From: Camelus dromedarius
Lineage: Eukaryota
DNA: 64,000 bases
Direction of reading: 5' to 3'
Assembly (NCBI RefSeq): GCF_036321535.1
Contig: NC_087438.1
Location: 14,014,001 to 14,078,000 of the forward strand
Shown: piece after piece, positions 28,560 through 40,334 of the stretch
Layout: each line of letters opens with the position of its first letter
How positions within the stretch are numbered: position 1 is the first letter of the stretch
Program-made: the position numbers and the translations under genes
The notes under the pieces: model-generated
Seen by the model: the letters and a program-made list of their open reading frames with translations, nothing else
Told to the model about the DNA's origin: nothing
The model's database searches: none

Positions 28560-30952
28560 ATCACATTAACAAGAGAAAGGACAAAAAACACATGATCATC
28601 TCAATAGATGCAGAAAAAGCATTTGATAAAATTCAACACCCATTTATGATAAAAACTCTCACCAAAGTGGGTATAGAGGGAACATATCTCAATATAATAA
28701 AAGCTATATATGACAAACCTACAGCAAGCATAGTACTCAATGGTGAAAAACTCAAAAGCTTCCCACTAAAATCTGGGACAAGACAAGGGTGCCCACTATC
28801 ACCACTCCTATTCAACATAGTCTTCGAATTTCTAGCCACAGCAATCAGGCAAGAGAGAGAAATAACAAGGATCCAAATTGGAAAAGAAGAGGTAAAAGTG
28901 TCACTATATGCTGATGACATGTTACTATATACAGAAAACCCTAAAAGGTCCATACAAAAACTACTAGAGCTGATCAAAGAATTCAGCAAGGTAGCAGGTT
29001 ACAAGATTAAAGTTCAAAAATCAGTTGCATTTCTTTACACTAACGATGAAGCAACAGAAAAAGAAAGTAAAGAAACAATCCCCTTTAAAATAGCACCCAA
29101 AGTAGTAAAATACCTAGGAATAAATCTAACCAAGGAGGTGAAAGAATTATACACAGAAAACTATAAACCACTGATGAAGGAAATTAAAGAATTCTTTAAA
29201 AAATGGATAGATATCCCATGCTCTTCGATTGGAAGAATCAATATTGTTAAAATGGTCACACTGCCCAAGGCAATCTATAGATTTAATGCAATCCCTATCA
29301 AATTACCCAGGACATATTTCACAGAAATAGAACAAATCATAATAAAATTTATATGGAACCAACAAAAACCTAGAATTGCCAAAGCATTACTGAAGAGAAA
29401 GAAAGAGGCTGGAGGAATAACTCTCCCAGACTTCAGACAATACTATAGAGCTACAGTCATCAAGACAGCATGGTATTGGTACCAAAACAGACATATAGAC
29501 CAATGACAGAATAGAGAGTCCAGAAATGAACCCACAAACTTTTGGTCAACTAATCTTCGACAAAGGAGGCAAGAATATACAATGGAATAAAGACAGTCTC
29601 TTCAGCAAATGGTGTTGGGAAAACTGGACAGCAGCATGTAAAGCAACGAAGCTAGAACACTCCCTTATACCATACACAAAAATCAACTCAAAATGGATCA
29701 AAGAGTTAAACATAAGACAAGATACAATTAACCTCCTAGAGGAAAATATAGGCAAAACATTATCTGACATACAACTCAAAAATCTTCTCCTAGAACAGTC
29801 TACTCAAGCAATAGAAATAAAAGCAAGAATAAACAAATGGGACCTAATGAAACTTACAAGCTTCTGCACAGCAAAGGAAACCATAAGTAAAACAAAAAGA
29901 CAACCTACAGAATGGGAGAAAATTTTTGCAAATGAAACTGACAAAGGCTTGATTTCCAGAATATATAAGCAGCTCATATGACTTAATAAGAAACAACCAA
30001 ACAACCCAATCCAAAAATGGGCAAAAGACCTAAACAAGCAATTCTCCAAGGAAGACATACAAATGATCAATAGGCACATGAAAAAATGCTCAATATCACT
30101 AATTATCAGAGAAATGCAAATCAAAACTACAATGAGGTATTACCTCACACCAGTCAGAATGGCCATCATTCAAAAATCCACAAATGACAAATGCTGGAGA
30201 GGCTGTGGAGAAAGGGGAACCCTCCTACACTGCTGGTGGGAATGCAGTTTGGTGCAGCCACTGTGGAAAACAGTGTGGAGATTCCTCAAAAGACTAGGAA
30301 TAGACTTACCATATGATCCAGGAATCCCACTCCTGGGCATATACCCAGAAGGAACCCTACTTCAGGATTACATCTGCACCCCAATGTTCATAGCAGTACT
30401 ATTTACAATAGCCAAGACATGGAGACAGCCTAAATGTCCATCAACAGATGACTGGATAAAGAAGAGGTGGTATATTTATACAATGGAATACTACTCAGCC
30501 ATAAAAACCGACAACATAACGCCATTTGCAGCAAAATGGATGCTCCTGGAGAATGTCATTCTAAGTGAAGTAAGCCAGAAAGAGAAAGAAAAATACCATA
30601 TGAGATCCCACACCATATGTGGAATCTAAAAAAAACAAAAAACAAACAAACAAAAAAACCATAAATACAACACAGAAACAGACTCATAGACAGAATACAA
30701 ACTTGTGGTTGCCAGGGGGGCAGAGGGTGGGAAGGGACAGATGGGATTTCAAAATTGTAGAATAGATAAACAAGATTATACTGCATAGCACAGGGAAATA
30801 TACACAAGATCATATGGTAGCTCACAGAGAAAAAAATGTGACAATGAATATATATATATATATGTTCATGTATAACTGAAAAATTGTGCTTTATACTGGA
30901 ACTTGACACAACATTGTAAAATGATTATAAATCAATAAAAAATGTTAAAAAA
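28560..30952 (+). mobile_element. Young 5'-truncated L1 (RT domain to polyA), antisense to CDH18, with TSD
   Basis: ORF2 segments 28592-29506 ([14 protein letters not shown]), 29526-29981 and 30063-30629 are broken only by one frameshift near 29503 and one in-frame TGA at 29979. Complete 3' UTR. ATTTCAC duplicated at 28553-28559 and 30953-30959. Confidence 0.97.
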
Positions 30953-31563
30953 ATTTCACTACTTACATGAAATAGAATTGAAAAAAAAAAAAAAAAACTA
31001 CCAGTAAATCACTGTTGTCTTCCATACACTTAGAAAAATTTTTTTTCAATTAGTTGTTTGTTGTTCTCTTTCAATACTGGAATTTAAAAAATACATTGTA
31101 GGACAAATTGAGATTCAAATCACTTATTAAAATTCCTACAAAAGAGGCACTTATTTGTCATAGAAGCACTAATTTTATAATTTGGAAAAATAAATATTTT
31201 CCAGGTTAATTGTTTAGATTTAGAATTTTAAAAAACTTGGGGTAGAATTTTTTTTTCTTGAAAAATTATGAAACTTTAACTCAAAATTGAAATAGTAGTA
31301 ATAGATTTAATCAATAAGGAGGACTTAATTTTAATTAATTAAGACACACTAAAAAAAACCTCACTTATTAAACTAAAATGATCAAGTGTTTTTAGTATAG
31401 ACATGAGAAAAGTAATATTCAGTAAGAAAGATTAATAACATTAAGATAATTATAAATCTATTTTTTGTCATTTAAACATTAGTAAATGTGTTTACATTGC
31501 TTTAGTTCATACTTAATATCCTGGTATAATTTATAACATCAAAATTCAGCTAAATATTTCCAT

Positions 31564-32177
31564 GAAAAGATACCTGCACCCCAATGTTGGTAGCAGCACT
31601 ATATACAATAGCCAAGACATGGAAGCAACCTAAATGCCCATCAACAGATGACTGCATAAAGAAGTTTTGGTATATTTATATAATGGAATACTATTCAGCC
31701 ATAAAAAAGAATAAAATAATGCCATTTGCAGCAACATGGATGGACCTAGACATCATCATTCTAAGTGAAGTAAGCCAGAAAGAGACAGAAAAATACCATA
31801 TGATATCACTCATATATGGAATCTAAAAAAAGAAAAAAAGAGGATAGTGATGAACTCATCTACAAAACAGAAACAGACTTGCAGACATAGTAAACAATCT
31901 TATGGTTACCAGGGGAAATGGGTGAGAAGAGATATATTTGGGAGTTTGAGATTTACAAATGTTAGCCACTACATATAAAAATAAATCTTAAAAACCCCAA
32001 AATTCTTCTGTATAGCACAAGGAACTATATTCAATATTCTGTAATAACCTTTAATGAAAAAGAATATGAAACACAAATATATGTATATATATGCAAGATG
32101 GGGACATTGTGCGGTACATCAGAAATCGACACATTGTAACTGACTGTACCTCAATTATAAAAAATAGAAAAAAAAAG
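31564..32177 (+). mobile_element. 5'-truncated L1 3' end (different 3' UTR subfamily from 28560-30952)
   Basis: ORF2 C-terminus 31584-31826 ([16 protein letters not shown]...ISLIYGI), 3' UTR, A-rich tail. Confidence 0.93.
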
Positions 32178-34011
32178 ACTACTGCTATACTTCTAGCCAA
32201 GAACAACCACAATATTTTCTTAAATCTTGAACACAAACTTGAAGAATTACTTCTTCCAAGAGATCTGAATCGTTGTCCTTCATATGAAACATTTTTGGTC
32301 ACATAACTTCAACTACTCACCTTTTGTGCATTTGTGACCCTTGAAAACATTGAAAAAAATATAGCCTTGTTCACATAACATTCTAGTTTCTTGCTATAGT
32401 AAAGTGAAAATTTTCAAGGTTTATTTCAAGGTCTCTGAACTCTTAGAAGACATTTTATAAAAGACGAAATATAGAAAATAACAATATAAAGAAAAAATAT
32501 TCTTATGGGAAAATGAAGCCATCTGAAACATAAACAATAGTATATCAGGGAAAGTTTTAGTTATTTCTTAAAAATACGTAAGACATGAGCAGGGACAAAA
32601 TTCTGATGGGACTCAGCTAGATTCAACAAATTAAATCGTTTCAAAACTACTTTTCTGGAGCTTTTATAAAAAGGAGTAAAAATACATTATCAAAATATGA
32701 AAAACACAGCTTTCAATGGTTCACACTTCATTAGTAAATTACTAACAGAAGCAGCAGAATGAGTTGCATAGAGACAGTTGCATGCATGTATGAAAATGTT
32801 TCTTTATGTCTCTCGACATATCATTTTAGCACCTACAAGAAAAGATTTGTCATTTAAGAAGCAGATGCCTACAAAATAGAGAAGTCTGTTTCACATTCTC
32901 CAACTTTGCATCAGTCCGTGACCAAAGCCCAACAAAGCAAAGCAACAAATTCATTGAATAAATGTTTCTAAAACCTTCCCTAGAACACTCGTGTTATTAA
33001 ATTAACAAAAGGTGAGATAGTTTTAATAGCTGTTGCTATACTATGTATGAATTATAATTCTATATATTATAAATATAATTAATTAAAAACACTTGGTGAG
33101 AAGGGTTCAGCTTTCTAACATCTAATTTTAGAAAGACATTACAATAGTGACAGTTGGCTTTTATCTTCAGGATATATTTGCATAATCTTTCATATTTTTA
33201 GTGAGGTTAATTTGAAATTATTTTGTTTTGCATTAAACATTCACATATACAAACAGTTAACTGAAATTTTTTAAATAGGCATAGTATATAGATCAGCAAC
33301 AGAAGTATGTAAAAGAAATAGTGAAGTTGTCAATCTAAAGCATCTGTTAAAAATTATATGCTCTATGCTTTATATAGTTGATAAATAATTCAGATAAAAG
33401 AAAATGCCAGTAACTTTACAGCTTTAGATTTTAAAACTTGAATCTGGCTCCACATTTATAAAGTTTTTAGGATTAACATATCACTTAGCATACAAGTTTC
33501 AGAAGTAATATCTAATTAGAAAATAAATGTGCAATGCAATCAGTGAATTGTAATTAAGTGGTATTTATATTGTTGTACAGGGTAGTCAAGGTTACATCAA
33601 AATATTATAAAAAAGCATTTGGATTACAAAAATCACTGATAATATTTAGCTTGAGTTTTAATAACGTAGATGATCATTTTATTAATGGCATTTTTAATCT
33701 CTCGTCTGGCCTGGAGCAATCTTGAAATGGAAGTTTCCATGTAACACTAATGGAAACCCGTCACAGTAGCATTGAGTCAACTCATTAATACTTTATATGA
33801 TTATGATGAGACCCATTTGTGGAGCAACAGAGTGATCCACTCTCAGGATTACCTCTGCTCTGTCGTACGTATTCTCAAAAATCCAGCTCTGTGTACAACA
33901 TACACGGCAACAGAGGTGGAGCTTGCGAGAAAACACTGGCTATACTCTTGTTTTGCTTAATAGGTGGGTTTTAAGATTCCAGAAGAACACACCTTTTGGA
34001 AGGCAAAGAAT

Positions 34012-34060
34012 GATGAATGAATGAATGAGTGAGTGAGTGAACAAATGAGTAAATGAATGA
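34012..34060. repeat. (TGAA/TGAG)n simple repeat, possibly an L2 tail
   Basis: gatgaatgaatgaatgagtgagtgagtgaacaaatgagtaaatgaatga. Confidence 0.8.
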
Positions 34061-34362
34061 AATAAAGAGCAGGAATGGTTATATTAAAGGTCAAACTCTT
34101 AAGACATGGAGGGAAAGCTGAGACAGATAATCGGATTATACAGATAATCAGAAGAGAAACCTGTTATCTTTGAGTGTGGGCAGCAATGAGACATTGAATG
34201 AAAGGGACTGGGAGCCGAACATGGAAAGTGGAACATTCTGGATATAGACACAGTACTGACTTAGTAACCAGTAAAATATCACATTGTAAGTTTAGCTCGC
34301 TATTATATTATCTCTCAAGATTTTCATAGTTTTTTTTCTTGGGTCTGTGTGTGTTGGAAAGT

Positions 34363-34516
34363 GTTTTTTTTTTAATTGAAGTATAGTTAGTTTACAATGT
34401 TGTGTCGATTTCTGGTATGCAGCTTAATGCTTCAGTCATACGTGAACATATATATATCCATTTTCATATTCTCTTCACCATGTTACTACAAGATGTTGAA
34501 TATGGTTCCCTGTGCT
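34363..34516 (-). mobile_element. Very short L1 3' UTR insertion
   Basis: PolyT then aattgaagtatagttagtttacaatgttgtgtc...gaatatggttccctgtgct; same UTR type as 48090-48190. Confidence 0.88.
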
Positions 34517-36419
34517 AGTTTTTTACATAAAAATATGTAAAATTATTTGGAAGGCAAAGTTGATTTTAGTCATCTGTAGTTCAGGAATAACTCAAAGACA
34601 ACAAGAAAAGGGTCTTATTATAACACACAGTGGAGGGAATATACTTTTAAACTCATGAGATTTTGCAAAGTGAGTGATTTTTTTTTATGCTGAAGGAGAG
34701 ATATTATACTGTCTGTCCTAAAGCAAGAATAAAAAAAAAAATCCTTGTGTATCTGATCACATAATAATGCAGGGTTAATTAATTGTTCTTTAGAGAATAG
34801 AAAAGGGGAGGAGAATGAAGAAAGAAAAAAAAAGGAAGCAGTCTCCCAAGTGAAGGGAAATGAACACTTTACCGGCATTACTTTAATAAACTGTCTTTCT
34901 TACTGTTAAGGAGCAACCTACGGCACTTAGAAAGCTAATGCGACTCACGTGAATTCCCCCCAGAAAACTATTCACCCTGGACCAAATTAGGATAGAGTCC
35001 TAAACATTCATAGATCTCACTCTAATGCAGACTTCCACACCGAGATAATAGTCTCTCCTTCAGGGAAGAATAACTTTAAAAGTTTAAGAAAATGGTGTTA
35101 GAGCAATTAATTTTGAAAATTGCTTTTAATTAGTACTTTAATATAGGCTGTTGACTTAAAATTGTAATATTTTATACTACACAGTTTATGCTTTTTTTGT
35201 GAGCAGGAAACTTGTATTTACAAAATTCCAGCAGAAACCAAAGCGACAGAAATATTACATTGTAATTTCACTATTATCATTTTCTCCAATATATAAAATA
35301 CAAGTAATGCAAAGTGAGAAAAATGTGAGAATTGTAGGGAAGACGTCATTGAAACGTATGCATAGTTCATTCCAGAATGTGTTATATTTTAAACTATAAT
35401 CAGATAACAAATTTAATTGAACAATAAGTAATTGATGTGAAGAAAAAACATACCAAATAATAATAGCCTATTGGTAATTAACACATTAGTCTCTTCGTGC
35501 ACAAAAGGAATATATAACCATGAGTTTTAATTATGTGTCAAATAATGTATAAAAACTTATGTTAAAAACAGTATCAATTAAGTGCTTTGTTTAACCACAA
35601 AGCTAATGCTAATCAATTAAAAGTTTAAGAAATTAGAAGGAGGTAAGAAAATAACATTTGTGTTTGTTTAACTAGAAACATTCGAGGTCTTTGCCCACAT
35701 GCAAAGGTCTCATGTTATAGTTTAGTTTCTAGTTTTTAACTGTTTAATTTGTGTTCTTAGAGAAAGAAACTAGTGAATGAAAAGGAGAAGAGGAGCAGGA
35801 GGCAACATCGTCTAATTATTATATCCTCTGAATCCTGGATGAGGGGTGTTAGTACACAGGATAAAAAACTGAAATATTTCTGAAGTTGTCATAATTCCAC
35901 ACCCATCAGCTCTATTTTAGAGAGCCCTAGTCACGAGTGACAAATACTCGAGCACTGAAGGACACAAACAATAGTTGAGAATTTCACTACTAATTGTTGG
36001 GAAGACTCAAAAAGTGACCAATCGATTAGAACTGGAGCGAGATATACAAGGCACAGGAGTACACATTCTCTATCAGAATTAATGCCTTCTTTTATCTCCC
36101 AATCAGGGACTAGTTGAGAAAGGGGTGGCTCTGGTTTTAAAGAAAAAACAAATCTCAGTGTTCTAAAACATTACTACAATTCCAGAAAAATATGGCCCAA
36201 ACCAATGCCTACACATTCAAGTATGTTGTGATTTCATCCCCATTAAAACTTGGCCGTTACTGTTCATTTTAGTCCCTTTTTCTCAGGTAAGAAAGCAGTA
36301 ATTGCATATTGAAGAGAGGGGGAAGAAAGATGGAAGTGTGAGTGGCTTCAGTCCTTTGGGAAATGCATTTGACAATAAAATGTAAGATCAGCATTTGATC
36401 CAGCAATCACTTGTAGGAG

Positions 36420-37390
36420 TTTGTTCATCCAACAGATATTTTTTTGGAATATCCACCATGTGCCAGTCATGATACTCAGTATTTAAATACATCACGGAAT
36501 AAGAATACAGAGATCCCTGCCCTGGTGGAGTCTACATTCATTCCAGTGGCAAAAAGCAGATAACTCAACTGATACATAATATGCAAGACTCACACTTAAA
36601 AAAGGAAGGAGAGAAAAAGTAGAGATGAAGTAACATTAGAAGTGGTTGGGGTGGTACGTAATAATTGTGATATTAAATAAAGGAATATGGTAGGTAGAAT
36701 AGTTGTCTCTCAAAGATGTCTATGTCTTTATCCTGAGAGTCTTTGAATATGTTGCTTTACACGGTGGGGAAATAAAGGAATTTCACAGATATGATTGAAG
36801 TAAAGGTCTCTTGAGTTGAGGAAATTACTTTGGTTCCCTTAGATGGGACACATCTGATCATGTGGGTTCTTAAAAGGGAAGAATCTATCCTAACTGGGTC
36901 AGAGAGAGAGAAATGGAAATATCAGAGGGATTCAGCACCTCGTTGCTGGTTCTGAAATTTAAGAGACTTTGTGCGAGTCCCAAGAGAGGTGTCTAGAAGC
37001 TGGAAAAGCCAAGAAAATGGATTCCTCCCCAGAGACAACAGAAAGAATGAAGCGCTACCTACACCTTGATTTTAGCCCAGTGAGAGCTATGCTGAATTTC
37101 TGACCTACAGAACTGTTAGAAAAAATAAAAAGTGTTGTTTTAAGCCACTAATTTTGTGATAATTTGTTATAGCAGCAATGAGAAACTAATCAAGCAGTCA
37201 GATAAGGCCTATTGAAAAGATGACATTTTAGCAATTTCTTGAAGATGGCGAGGGATTTAGCCAAATGTGTATTTCAGGAAAGAGCATCTTAGAAGGGGTT
37301 AAACAAAGAGCAGAAGCATCAAGTTAGGAACATTACCAGCAGGCTCCAGAAACAGTGAAGAGGCCAGTGTGACCAGAGCAGCACAGGCAA
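36420..37390 (-). mobile_element. L2 remnant interrupted by an MLT1 LTR
   Basis: ttcatccaacagatatt...caccatgtgccag...ccctgccctggtggagtctacatt before the LTR; aggcctattgaaaagatgacattttagc...gaggccagtgtg after it. Confidence 0.65.
36686..37192 (+). mobile_element. MaLR solo LTR, MLT1D/E-like
   Basis: tatggtaggtagaat...caaagatgtctatgtc start; caccttgattttagcccagtgaga...ttttaagccacta...gcagcaatgagaaactaat end. Confidence 0.85.
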
Positions 37391-38299
37391 TTGGAAGGTG
37401 GACCAATCCACCTTGAAATTTTTGGATTTGTGTCCCTGCCTATCTTATATGCTCCTCACTTAAGCTCTGTCACTTCTACATCTCTATTCAGCTATGCCTC
37501 TGGTCTGCATCAACACAGGCCTCATGTTTCTTCTGGTTTAAAAACCAATTTGATGTCATTTAATGGAAGGAAAAATTTATTGCAACCCCATCGCGTATCG
37601 AGAAATGTGCTGAGATGAATCAGGGTCCGCTCTTCTCAAAAATGTTTACTGCACTGAGCAAGAAAGATCACGGGATCTGCAGAGCAATTAATGTTCTGAC
37701 AGAGGCATGAGGCCAAACTAACTTTCTCTTGCTGGGAAGGTTTTCCAGAGGAAGAGACACTGAGTCTCAATTTACAGTTCTTTATCTCCATCCCTACAAA
37801 AGGATGAAAGTTATTCAAGATACTTTTTAATTGTCATCAACATTTTTTCTGTAATCATTTGCACTCTGGATTTAACCCCATCACTCAACAGAAAGTATTC
37901 TAAGATCAGCACACACATCCTAGCTGTTGAAAATGTTACTAAATGACTTTTTTTTTTTTAAAGGAGAGGGCCAATTTAAGAACATGACAATGCTAACACA
38001 AGAGACAGAGTGCAAAACTCTCTAATATTGAGTCCTCACTCAGGAAATGCAGCATGTGGGAATGGTGAAGATTTTTTAATGAAATAAACTGTAGATTGAG
38101 GGACAGTGAGGAAGAGAATATAAGCTATCTTGCTAAGTTTTTCTGTGCAGGAATATGAAGTTAATCCACCCAGAGCTGAGCCCACATAGCTGCACATTGA
38201 AATAAAAATTCTGCAGTTTGCTATTGTGCATAAATTTTCCTCTCAGTTAAGCTGCTAAGAATAGAAATGTTATTCAGAAATTTTTGAATCATAAACTCC

Positions 38300-39135
38300 A
38301 CATTACTCAGTCATAAGCCTGAACTCATTCGAGATCTTCTGTTGTCTTTCTTATCAGGTTGAATAACCAGAGCTCCCCTACCTCCACTTAATCACTCGAG
38401 ATTGAATCGCATGCATAATGCTGAGTTTTCTTCATTTCTCCTCACTAAAGCTTTCTAAAATTTTTTGATTCTACCTCCTTAAAATTGCCCAACCCTCCAC
38501 CCCACCAGCGTCCATCACAGTTACCACTGAGTTAATTTGCACTCTCATACTTTCTAATTTAGATTATTGTAGTTATCCCCTAAGTGTTCCCATTATCTCT
38601 TTCTGTTTCTGTTCCATCCACGTTCTATTCACACTACAGTTCAGCATGTGACTTCTAAAATTTGCATTTGATCATTTCAAGAATAAACCACTTGAGAGCT
38701 TCCCACAGCCTTCAGATGGAATACCTCTCCATCTGGCTCATGTCTGTGTGTCCAACTTGATTTACTCACACTTTACCATTGACACTAAATTTCAGCCAAA
38801 CCAAACGAGATAATCTGGCTCCGAAAGAGCCAGACTGTCCACACCTGATTCCCTTCAAACTCAATCTTTTCTGGTTACCCGCCCAGAGATAGGTAGTTTC
38901 CTATATTTTGTGAAGTTTCCTTTGAATTTTTCATTCAAATAAGCAGCCGTTCCTTTGTGATGCCAAAGAACCCCTTGCTTGCCTATCATTCATCACTTAA
39001 CCACATATTGCCATATTTTCAAGAAATGCCCCATCTCTCCTACTTTACTTGATTCTCATTGATCGCAGGAGATGCATTTTATGTATTTTCATGTCTCCAG
39101 CACTCAACATGCATCTGATCTCCAATGAATATTAT
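38300..39135 (+). mobile_element. L2 remnant
   Basis: Pyrimidine-rich degenerate L2 3' region ending atgtctccagcactcaacat...aatgaatattattaaagaatgaa. Confidence 0.55.
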
Positions 39136-39473
39136 TAAAGAATGAAATATGATCATTGAAATTTTTGTGAATAAATTCATGATACATTATAATGTATCAA
39201 ATAGGAAGCAAAGAAATTAAAGTTATAAACCAGAGTCAAAATATTAAAATAATACCGAACGGAAGTTGGCTTGACAGGAGGGAAGAGATCTAAAAGCAAA
39301 GAGTGAAGAGATAAATATTTTAAAAACTGTTTTTTAAAAATCTTAATTCAGACAACTGACTATTGAGAGCAAAATTAGTAATATTGTAAGATGGGTTTTA
39401 TAAGGTAATTTGACTAAAAGATAGGGCAGAAGTGGAAAAAAATGGAATGGGCAGATAAATATATTCATGCTGT

Positions 39474-39936
39474 TGTAAACAAAGACTGTTGCTCACCAAC
39501 CAATCCGACAAGGATGAAGTCAGTAGCCACTGCAGGAGCTGACCGACCATGCACCCTGGGACCTCAGGATGCACAGAAAAAAGGATGAGGCCATCTGTGC
39601 TTTGGAAAAACAGGTCCTTAGATAGTTAGATGTATATCTCAGGAGGAATTTTAATGAACCCAGATTCTTATATCTTCTCTTATACAGAAAAACATTAAAA
39701 TCAATTGAGATACCTGTTCTTTGTAACTACTGGTAATTTTTTACCAGGATGTATTCCTGACTACATGGACTCCCTAGTCAAAAGTAATATATAGACACTG
39801 GTTTCTCTACTGTCCCTTTGGAGCAGTCCCCTCAGAGTTACTGAGAGGCTGTCTCCCAAGGTAGAGTCCTCAGTAAGATCCTGAATAAAACTTAAACTCA
39901 CAGCTCTTAAGTTGTCTGTTTTTCTTTCAGTAGACA
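39474..39936 (+). mobile_element. ERV1-type solo LTR
   Basis: TGTAAAC...TAGACA ends; gagcagtcccctcagagttactgagaggctgtctccc motif; AATAAA near 39884; flanks ctgt/ttgt (4-bp TSD, 1 mismatch). Confidence 0.8.
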
Positions 39937-40334
39937 TTGTTATGAAGGTATTGCGTTGGTGAAGGGGGAACTTTGAAGGGTGAAGTGAAAGTTGAAAAGC
40001 AAGAAATGTCATTCATGAAAAGGGCAGAGGGAACAGAGTGGCATATATGAAGTGTCAGATGTGAAGGGATACAATATTGATTCCAGATAGACTTATATGT
40101 CATAAATGAATGTTATTTAGCACTAGAACAAACATTACATACTAATAAAGTGATGCATAACTAAATAGTCAATAGAAGGATTAAGCAAAATTATTAAAAA
40201 AAAGTTTGAATAAACCAAGATAAGGTAGAAAGCAATATTAGGCAACAGAAACAGATTAGGACAAAGTAAGGATACAAACAATATTGACAATGTCTACCAA
40301 CCCTACCAGTCATCATATTAAGTATACATAAACA

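Noticed and set aside
28592..30629. Reverse transcriptase ORFs as a host gene, retron or novel RT system
   Set aside because: Ordinary L1 ORF2: 5'-truncated, with a frameshift, a stop, a polyA end and a TSD.
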